From Promethearchaeia archaeon (GTDB lineage Archaea; Asgardarchaeota; Lokiarchaeia; Sigyniarchaeales; SOKP01): DNA of 24,440 nucleotides. The DNA lies in contig JAWOCD010000078.1 in assembly GCA_046483985.1 (NCBI GenBank), positions 1-24,440 on the forward strand, read 5' to 3'. Below, in pieces: positions 9,283 to 17,400 of the stretch. The notes under the pieces are model-generated. The model saw only the letters and a list, made by a program, of their open reading frames with translations, made no database searches and was not told the DNA's origin. A program made the translations under genes and the position numbers. Every line of letters starts with the position of its first letter. Positions within the stretch are counted from its first letter, which is position 1.

Positions 9283-9465
9283 GGATTAAAACGGGAAAAA
9301 CGTAAGGGGGAAACTTTTCCAGAGTTAATAAACCGCTTGCTGAAGCAAAAAAAGGACAAAGAAACTAAACTTGAAAGCGTTGCTGGTAGTTTAAAAGATG
9401 ATGATGAATGGGATGATATTCTGAAAAAATTATATGAGGATAGAGAAAAACCAGCCAGAATCTGA
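9283..9465 (+). pseudogene. vapB: VapB-type (DUF217-like) antitoxin lacking its N-terminus
   Basis: LKREKRKGETFPELINRLL...LESVAGSLKDDDEWDDILKKLYEDREKPARI*, directly upstream of a PIN gene; no start codon. Confidence 0.7.
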
Positions 9466-9475
9466 GGATATGATT

Positions 9476-9884
9476 ATGGCAATATTAGATACAGATTTAT
9501 TAATCTCTTACTTAAGAAAAAAAGAAAAAGCATATGAGATCGTGCAAATTCTAAAGCGAGAAAACGTGCCGTTAAATACAACCATTTTTAACTCCGCAGA
9601 ATTATATAAAGGAAGTTATAGTGCCAATAATGTTGCTAAAAGCCTCAATAAAGTCCAAACCTTATTAAGTGCACTCAATAAAATACTCGCCTTTAATGAA
9701 AAATCAGTCCAAGAATTTGCGAAGATTTCCTCAGATTTAAAGAAACGAGGGGGTCACCATTGGTATTATAGACGAGCTAATCGCGGGTATATGTATTTCA
9801 AATAACGAAGAACTTTATACTGGGAATTTTAAAAAGATTCCAGAACTCTCGGTTACAAATTGGAGAACCATAGGGGTTGTTTAA
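9476..9884 (+). pseudogene. vapC: VapC PIN-domain toxin, frameshifted in the G5 run at 9749-9753
   Basis: MAILDTDLLI...AELYKG. Removing one G gives KKRGVTIGIIDELIAGICISNNEELYTGNFKKIPEL; the usual xxH between N and F is also missing. Confidence 0.8.
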
Positions 9885-9945
9885 AAATAACTTCCCCTCC
9901 CTTAAATACTAATTAGTTTAAATATAGAAATCTAATGTTTGATAC

Positions 9946-10521
9946 CTATTCTTCTTCTTCTTCTTCATGATTTAGCATGATAACTACACCAAGAATAATC
10001 AACGCTTCCTCATCAGTGAGATTTTCATCCATTTTTACGCCAAAACTGTTTTTTATGATACTTCCAAAAAATTTTCGATCTATTTCAGCAACTTTATTTT
10101 CTTTTTTAAGAACCCTATACTCCCGTCTGAAGATCTTTCCTGCTATTTCAAACATTTCCTCTCCATTTTCATCCTCAAATGTAAATTTTGGTACCCCTGC
10201 TAAAATCTTTTTTTTTAATTCTCCAATTAGGTTATCGTCATCCTTTTCCCCTCCTTTATAGAATTTATAAGAGGATTTTAGAGAAATTCTCTTCTCTTTT
10301 ACCGTTAATAACGGGGTTTCATCTAGGTTGTAAAGTTTATATGTCCTTCCTATATTAAATAGTGATCCTTTAAAGTAACCCAGCTTATTTTTATCAGTAT
10401 CATATACCGACACTTTATCTCTTAAGAATGTGAAATTCTCTTTTAAAAGAAATTCTCTCGTATTTTTTAATGTCATTGGTTTCATACCATTATTATTTAT
10501 TTTAGGTTTTAAATATAACAA
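9946..10521 (-). CDS. LURP-one-related / scramblase (Tubby-like beta-barrel) protein; likely start at 10485 or 10476
   Basis: Repeated pattern FLLKENFTFLRDKVSVYD...LLTVKEKRISLKSSY...IGELKKK...IAGKIFRREY...VAEIDRKFF...SFGV, then terminal hydrophobic helix ALIILGVVIML. Confidence 0.75.
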   Translation of the reverse strand: MLYLKPKINNNGMKPMTLKNTREFLLKENFTFLRDKVSVYDTDKNKLGYFKGSLFNIGRTYKLYNLDETPLLTVKEKRISLKSSYKFYKGGEKDDDNLIGELKKKILAGVPKFTFEDENGEEMFEIAGKIFRREYRVLKKENKVAEIDRKFFGSIIKNSFGVKMDENLTDEEALIILGVVIMLNHEEEEEE

Positions 10522-10557
10522 GTATAGTATTTTGTATTATAAAAACTTTAGAAGAAT

Positions 10558-10689
10558 TTCGCAGAAGCATTTGGTGATGATTGGAGGGATGGTATTCCTA
10601 CCGAAATTGAGGAAGGCTACAAGACTGCCATGAATGGTTACCAAATAATAATCGCCTTTGAGGTATTCGATTTATTGATAAAAACATAA
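10558..10689 (+). pseudogene. Startless coding-like fragment (FAEAFGDDWRDGIPTEIEEGYKTAMNGY...), family unknown
   Basis: Protein-like open frame in intergenic DNA with no start codon. Confidence 0.3.
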
Positions 10690-10826
10690 GATATTTTGGT
10701 AATAAAGAGGTTAATAGATTAAGAAGGCTACCTAATAAATATAGACCTCATGTAAATTAAAATTAATGAAAACTAAATTCGTATATATATAAAATATTTT
10801 ATTCCAGAAGGTTGTATTAAATTAAA

Positions 10827-12020
10827 ATGATTAAGCAAATTCCAGAAAAAGTCTCAAAAAAATGGCAAACCATTGTTAATCTTTTAGCTCAGACAAGTAA
10901 TGTCCCAGCAGCCCTAATTATGAAACAAAATCCTCCAGAAATTGAAGTATTTAAATCTAGTAATACTCCTCACAATCCATATGAAGCCGGAGACACTGAA
11001 AAACTAAATGGTTTATATTGCGAAAGAGTAATTGGTTCTCAAGAGAAGCTCCTTGTCTCAAATGCTTTAAAGGATAAGGAGTGGAAGGATAATCCTGACA
11101 TTGAATTGGGCATGATTTCCTATCTTGGATATCCGATAAAACTACCAGATGGAGAAATATTTGGCACAATCTGTATCTTAGATACAAAAGAGAATCAATA
11201 TAATGAAACAACGGAAAACCTTATGGCAGAATTTAAAGAACTCATCGAATCTCATCTCGAGTTAATCGAAAAAAATGAAAAATTAAAACAAGCGCAGAGA
11301 AAGCAAAAAAAAGCTCACAAGCGTTCCGAATTGTATAAGAATCTTCTAATGCATGACGTTAATAATATCTTACAGAATATTTCCATGGGCACGGAAATTC
11401 TAACTGACAAAATTCAAAATGGTATTAAAAAGGAAGAGAAAATTAATGAGATCTTAGAAATTTTCAACCAAGAAGTCATAAATGGGGAAAACTTAATATC
11501 AAATATCCGCCTTTTTTCTGAAATGCAGAATAAGAAAATGATCAGCCACCCCATTAACTTTTTTGAATTATTAGAACGGGCAACTTCAGGGATTTTTAAA
11601 TTATATTCTACTGATAAAGTTGATATAAAAATTTTCACTGATTTAGAACTGGAAGATATCTCTGTACACGGAAACAAATTACTTTTTAATGTCATAAACA
11701 ACATACTATTAAATGCAATCAAGCATAATACTCAAGAAATCAAAAAAATAAAAATAAGATGTTCAAAAATCCGAAAGGAAGACCATAAGTATCTTAAAGT
11801 CCAATTCATAGATAATGGCATAGGTATTCCAGATAATATGAAAAAAGAGATATTTAATGAGAATTACAATTTGGAACGGAAAGAAAAAGGTTTAGGGATT
11901 GGGCTCGCTCTTGTTCAAAAACTTTTAAAAGAATTTGGAGGAAAGATTTGGGTAGAAGATAGGGTTGAGGCAGATTACACCCAAGGAAGTAAATTTATAA
12001 TTCTCCTACTAATTACCTAA
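10827..12020 (+). CDS. GAF-domain sensor histidine kinase (orphan)
   Basis: GAF motif SYLGYPIKLPDGEIFGTICILD; H-box LMHDVNN; N-box NILLNAIKHN; DNGIGIP; GLGIGLALV; GGKIWVE; GSKF. Confidence 0.92.
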   Translation: MIKQIPEKVSKKWQTIVNLLAQTSNVPAALIMKQNPPEIEVFKSSNTPHNPYEAGDTEKLNGLYCERVIGSQEKLLVSNALKDKEWKDNPDIELGMISYLGYPIKLPDGEIFGTICILDTKENQYNETTENLMAEFKELIESHLELIEKNEKLKQAQRKQKKAHKRSELYKNLLMHDVNNILQNISMGTEILTDKIQNGIKKEEKINEILEIFNQEVINGENLISNIRLFSEMQNKKMISHPINFFELLERATSGIFKLYSTDKVDIKIFTDLELEDISVHGNKLLFNVINNILLNAIKHNTQEIKKIKIRCSKIRKEDHKYLKVQFIDNGIGIPDNMKKEIFNENYNLERKEKGLGIGLALVQKLLKEFGGKIWVEDRVEADYTQGSKFIILLLIT

Positions 12021-12117
12021 AACCTAAAATTGTTGGATTTAGCCCGCTTAAAATCAGATATTGAATCATATAATGGAATCCATAGAACAAATTGAAGAAT
12101 ATTTGATAAATTGTAAA

Positions 12118-12279
12118 CTATTTTCCTTCTTCGAATACCTCTCTCAGATAATCCCTAATCTCCTTATTTCCTCCCTTAGTTTGGATTTTTCTTTTTATGA
12201 ACCGTGGGGAATCATATTTAGGTAAGGTCTGATAAGATTGTTTCATATACTTGTAGATCTCTTTCACTAAATAAGACAA
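12118..12279 (-). pseudogene. 53-codon ORF or C-terminal gene fragment (...KEIRDYLREVFEEGK*)
   Basis: Open frame from TTG with protein-like composition; no family recognised. Confidence 0.25.
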
Positions 12280-12398
12280 AACGTATTAATTTAACAGTAT
12301 TTAACTCAGCAAGATTATTGAGAACAGTATTTATCGCTATCTTGGTAGCAAGCTCCAGATCCTTTGAGATTCAGAGTTTTCTTATTGAATTATTAAAA

Positions 12399-12524
12399 AT
12401 GGCAAGGGCTCAGTTCGATTGGTGTGCCACTTGTAATCTCTTCTTTCTGAAGAGTAAAGATAAGGAAAAATGTCCTAAATGTAATAATAGTAATTATAGT
12501 CTAAAAAATAGAATTATAGTCTAA
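12399..12524 (+). CDS. Small zinc-ribbon protein (CATC...CPKC), end altered by a 20-bp duplication
   Basis: MARAQFDWCATCNLFFLKSKDKEKCPKCNN; ATG at 12399 inside ORF 12318..12524. Confidence 0.55.
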   Translation: MARAQFDWCATCNLFFLKSKDKEKCPKCNNSNYSLKNRIIV

Positions 12525-12536
12525 AAAATAGAATTA
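12492..12536 (+). repeat. Perfect 20-bp tandem duplication (AATTATAGTCTAAAAAATAG)x2
   Basis: Seen directly in sequence. Confidence 0.9.
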
Positions 12537-12632
12537 ACTTCTTAAATAGCTTTTTAGGCTTCTACTCACTAGAATCGTGATTCAAATTATGATGGTAGGG
12601 TTTTTTCGGCAATAATTTTCTCTCTATATAAA

Positions 12633-12659
12633 TGATTTATTTTTTGTCAAAATAAATCA
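12633..12659. promoter_or_regulatory. 11-bp inverted repeat TGATTTATTTT-ttgtc-AAAATAAATCA upstream of the second UroD-like gene; candidate operator
   Basis: Perfect inverted repeat about 90 bp upstream of ATG 12748. Confidence 0.35.
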
Positions 12660-12747
12660 ACACTTGATTAAGATTTATTAATGTTCTTTTTGGTTGAGAT
12701 TTGAATTTCACAAATTTCAAATTTTATTTATCCTTATTTAAACCACT

Positions 12748-13896
12748 ATGAAAAGTCGGGAACGAGTAAGACGAGCCTTTCATTTTAATCAACCGGATAA
12801 AGTACCGATGTCGTGTATCTCTTTAAAAACGGATTTTTTCCCTGTCTCTCCGACTGAACCCCAATCCTGGCAGCCAACAGATCTTCCGCCACACGTCAGA
12901 GGAGGGGTAAACACTATTTCGAAGTGGTATTATCGATGGTTTATCTATAATTGGGACAAGGAAATAAGAAAGAAATTAGGTTATCCAAGAGATTGGTGGA
13001 AATATCCCCATGAGAGTGTGGATGAATGGGGTGTGATTTGGAAGAATTCCGGAACGGCAAGTGATGATATTACAAAAGGACATCCTTTCCATGGTCCTCT
13101 TCAAGATTCATGGGATGCGTTAAAGGAATATAAACCACCCAATGCATCTGATCCGGAAAGATATCGATTAGTTAAATCCCGAATTATGAAATTTATTGGT
13201 AGAAACAAATATACAATCGGATCGATGGGAGTTAATGGCTTCTTTAATTTATGTTCACAACTAAGGGGTTTTAATAACTTGCTAGTGGATGTGGCTCGAA
13301 ATGCGGAGAAAGTAAATAGTTTAATCGAAAAAGTTCTTCCTTTTTATATAACACAAATTAAAAAACTCAAGGAATATTTCCCAAAATTGGATTCAATTAT
13401 GATTCCCGATGATATGGGCACCCAGAGGAGTCCCTTCATTAGTCCTCGTATTTTTAGAAAAATTTTCAAAGAACCTTATAAAAAAATCATTTCTTTAACC
13501 CATGATCTTGACATGGATTTTATCCTCCATTCTTGCGGTCAGATATATGAATTAATGCCAGACATTATTGAAGCAGGGGTAGATGTGTTTGAATTTGACA
13601 GCCCGCACATGGTAGGAATAGAAAATATAAAAAAGTTTGCGGATAAACGACAAGTTGCTTTTTGGCTTTCAAGTAATATTCAATCTACCTATGTAAATGG
13701 CACTCCAGCAGACGTTGAGCAAGAAATTAAAAACTATATCAAAAATGTGGGAAATAATCAAGGAGGCTTAGCAATTTATGAATACACCAGTAATAATACT
13801 TTAGGCACTCCTAAAGAGAATATTAAAGCGCAAAGACAAGCAACCGAGAAATGGGGTCAATATGATGAGAATGGTATGATAGAATGGCTAAGTTAA
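12748..13896 (+). CDS. Uroporphyrinogen decarboxylase/MtaA-CmuA superfamily protein
   Basis: KSRERVRRAFHFNQPDKVP; VDEWGVIW; LRGFNNLLVD; DDMGTQRSPFISP; LHSCG; IIEAGVD; GTPADV; TPKENI. Confidence 0.88.
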   Translation: MKSRERVRRAFHFNQPDKVPMSCISLKTDFFPVSPTEPQSWQPTDLPPHVRGGVNTISKWYYRWFIYNWDKEIRKKLGYPRDWWKYPHESVDEWGVIWKNSGTASDDITKGHPFHGPLQDSWDALKEYKPPNASDPERYRLVKSRIMKFIGRNKYTIGSMGVNGFFNLCSQLRGFNNLLVDVARNAEKVNSLIEKVLPFYITQIKKLKEYFPKLDSIMIPDDMGTQRSPFISPRIFRKIFKEPYKKIISLTHDLDMDFILHSCGQIYELMPDIIEAGVDVFEFDSPHMVGIENIKKFADKRQVAFWLSSNIQSTYVNGTPADVEQEIKNYIKNVGNNQGGLAIYEYTSNNTLGTPKENIKAQRQATEKWGQYDENGMIEWLS

Positions 13897-13902
13897 TTTT
13901 TT

Positions 13903-14125
13903 TCAAGCCCTTATTTTTTTCTGACAACGAGGGCACTAATATCCATCTCGGCTTGAAACCTTTAACCGTTTTATTTTTCCTTCACATTGAGGGCAATATT
14001 CTCCCTTCTCTCTATGAGGGATAAGGTAGTTCTCTGGTAAGTCCTTTCCATTAATTATTCTTTGGACTGCTTTATTTAAGACATCATGTGTATCTTTGTA
14101 GAGACTCTGCAACTTAGAGTCTGAT
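13903..14125 (-). pseudogene. C-terminal remnant of an Fpg/Nei (MutM-like) DNA glycosylase with zinc finger
   Basis: SDSKLQSLYKDTHDVLNKAVQR...LPENYLIPHREKGEYCPQCEGKIKRLKVSSRDGY*CPRCQ matches the Fpg CPxC...R...CPxCQ finger; internal TAG; N-terminal domain absent. Confidence 0.75.
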
Positions 14126-14180
14126 GAATTTATCTTTTTATTTAAAAACCTTTTGTTTAATAATCGCGCGATATCGTCTT

Positions 14181-14297
14181 GGCTAACCCGCCTAAATCAT
14201 TTCACCTATTTTTTTTCTTTTTCCGTTGATTACTTTGATTTTCTATATTATTATTGATTTAAATAGACAAGTTAAGAAGAAACACGTGTTTCCCTTG
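14181..14297. repeat. Dispersed ~110-bp repeat, copy 1, containing the 14-bp palindrome GAAACACGTGTTTC (14279-14292)
   Basis: Aligns with 18905-19017; the core 14271-14297 is 25/27 identical to 18991-19017. Confidence 0.85.
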
Positions 14298-14433
14298 CGG
14301 ACCGAAATCGGGAGATATTGGAGATCTCATGTAGTTCGATGTTATCCTTATCAATAAATGCGATCACCTCGCGCGGATTTAAAATTTGGAATTGCCAGTA
14401 TCCCAGTATTCCCGAAATTCCGAGTAAGAATTT
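14272..14433 (-). pseudogene. Startless 53-codon open frame ending inside the repeat (...RETRVSS*)
   Basis: KFLLGISGILGYWQFQILNPREVIAFIDKDNIELHEI...; its stop is the TAA of TAAC in the repeat. Confidence 0.3.
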
Positions 14434-14438
14434 TTAAA

Positions 14439-17400
14439 TCATTCTTTTAGTAAAGATCCGCAATTTTTACAATATTTTGCTCTTGAATAGTTCTTCTTTC
14501 CGCATTTTTTACAATAGATTCTCTTAGTTCTTTTATAATCCAAGTCTGTTCCACAGACACGGCAAGTTTTATTGGATATTTGGTTTTCCGCATCGCAGAC
14601 AATACATCTTACTGTCTCATCGCCCTTTTGAGGAGTTCTAGACTTTCCCTCAGCATTTTCAGCATTAACTCCGCCTTTTAGGGCTGATTTCTTTATAGAA
14701 GCTTTTAATTGTTCAGCATCAATTTCTTCTATGTCAGTTTTTTCTTTACTTTCTATTTCAGAGGATACCTTTGGTTTTAAATTATGCGAGGCTTTAGAAT
14801 CATCTTTTATTTTTGGACTGTTTTGAAATGAGAAAATAGACTCCATATTTGGTTCATTTTTTGATATTAACCCGTTTCCTTCGCTGTATTTCTCAGCAGC
14901 AACCTCCTCATCAATCGATTTAGTTCGTTCAAATTCATCTTTTTGTCTGATCTTTTCTTTTTTTCTTTTCTCCTTTCTTTTCCCCTCTTTTCTATCTGCT
15001 AAATCTTCTTGAGGTTCCTTTCTTTCTTCATCATCATTTTTGGTGTCTAGCACCTCATCTTTGAATTTGATTCGACCTTCTCCACGTGGTGACACCTCTT
15101 CTTCTATTACTTTCTCACTTTTTTGATTTTCCTTTTGAAATATAATTGTCTCCTTTTTTATTTTTGCTTCAATTTCGCCAGAAATAATCATCTCTTCAAT
15201 TAAATCCTCAAGTGTGCCCGTTTTCAATCCAGTTTTTGAGCTTAATTTGCTAAAAGTAATTTCAGTATAGATTTTCGGTAGATTATATATATATTTTACA
15301 ATTTCAGTTAATCGTTTTTTGTTCTTTTCTTGAACTGGTTTAGTAACCTCTGATTTTTCTTTTCGAGATCTAGATTCTTTTGGATGCCTCGCTAAAGGTT
15401 CCTCATTTATAATATCCGAACGTTCTGTTTCAATTACTTTTGTCTCAAGTTCTTTTTTCTGGAATTTTTTTGAGGATCCTTTTTGTCCTCCCTCAGTCAT
15501 CGGTGATTCCACTAATTTTTTAGACTCTTTATGTTTAATCTCTTTGTGCTCAGACTCCTCCGAAACTAAGTTTTCAGTACGCTCTGAAGCATTTTTAGAT
15601 ACAAATTGAATCTTTTCTCCTTGTTCTTTTACGGGCGACTCTGAATCTATGAACTGATTTTTTTGGGAACTTTTTTGAAAACCTTCTTGAGGTTCTAAGG
15701 AGGGGAGAGTTAATTCTTCCTCAGGTTGAGTCTGTTCAGTAGGCGTAGATTCTTCCACTTGCTGAACATCTTCTTGTTCAGTTTCAGCTGTTTTTTTCCT
15801 CCTAAAGAAATTAAAAATCTTTTTAAGAAAATTAACTACTTTAGCAATTTTACCTGGTTCATTATATTTGTCTTTCAATTGATTATATTTCTCAAGATCG
15901 AAGGTTAAATATTTAATTGAGAGATAAGGGATCACGATTGTAATAGCGATACCAATTTGGATAGCATATACAATTATTTTCCCTAAAGAAGGAGCTTGGA
16001 AATCAATTCCAAGGAAACTTGCGGTTTCGTTTATTGAATTAGTGAGAAATGATAAAACAACCACGGAAATGAGATAACCGAAAAAGAGGGAAGAATAGAC
16101 CATAAATATAACCGCCTCACGAGATTTTTCTCCTTTTTTACCAATAAATTTTGAAATAATTCTTGAACTAAAACTAAAGTTATCTTGATATTCATCCTGA
16201 AATCCCGTGAGATTATCTTTTACTTTTTTAATAACTGCCTTAAAAGCAATATATAGATTTAATGAATTAAGTGCCAACTTCTGAGTTGGGGTAAAGCTTT
16301 CAGCCGCGGTAATAACCCAGCTAGCAAGGAGAATCCCAAAACTGATCGTAAAAGCGGCAACACATCGGGCTTTCTCTTGTTCTTCCTTTTTTGTGATAAC
16401 TATTAAGAAAAAACTCAAACCCCAGATCATAGCCACTCCAATAACTCCCACAACAAATGCAGTTCCATTTGCAAGTATAGCTGTTAGTAAATCTGCTCCA
16501 CTAATCAGTTGGTATATAATTTTGTAACCAATATAGCCTGTTAAAGGTAAAAATGCCATAAACCATAAAAAAATACTCCATTTTTTTCCTTCTGGAATAA
16601 ATTCTAAATTTTTCATAAATGCCTTATTCATTTCTGAAATAACGACTATAAAAGTAAAGACCCAGAATGCAATCCAAATATAGACAAAACCGATTAAAAA
16701 AGCGATCAAAAAGGTAATTGCCGCCCCCATAAAGATAAAAATATAGTATATCAATTTTCTTATAGTGACAAAATGCTTATCTTTCAGGTTATTTAGAAAA
16801 TTTCTAAATAGCATCACGTTTCCCGTGGAGATTAAAAAAAATCCCGGTATACTAAGAATTGAAAGAATCAAAATAGCTTGCCAAAGAAGCGGTATTTTAA
16901 ACCCCTCAACGAAAACTACTACTACTGCTATTAAGACCATGGATAATATAAAAAAAGGGACATAAGGTCTCGTTAAAGGATTTTTTAGCTGCTGGCTTAT
17001 TATATTTGGTTCCTTTTTCGATTGCCCTTGTTTTTCCTTTTGCTTCCTTTGGGTAGGATGCTGAGTTTGGTATCCTTGTCGATAGGGATTTTTTTGATGT
17101 AATTGCTTAAATCTCTTTCGATATTTCTTTTTGACCTGTCTCGACACTACAATATCAAGAATTAAGAAAGGAATTGCCCCAAATGCTGTAATAAATACCA
17201 ATAAAAAATAAAGATTAACTGCAGGATCATTATAAGAATTTATTTCACTAACCTTAACCGAACCATACTCTTGATAACAATATCCCAACATAACAAATGC
17301 TAGGAACAGAATAAAAATAAAGACTACCAAGATATAGTGCTTTTTTAGGAATGAGGGCTTTATTTCCTCAGCGTCCCAGTTGTTTGTGGCTCTTTTCGGA

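Noticed and set aside
8990-9320. NrpR operator (GGAA-N6-TTCC) upstream of the nitrogen operon
   Set aside because: Only GGAA-N4-TTCC found near 9309-9320, inside the vapB relic
9745-9756. Programmed frameshift in vapC
   Set aside because: A second lesion downstream and a broken antitoxin point to decay or a homopolymer error
13936-13938. Pyrrolysine read-through of the TAG in the Fpg finger
   Set aside because: The gene lacks its N-terminal part; TAG is one change from a Tyr codon expected at this position
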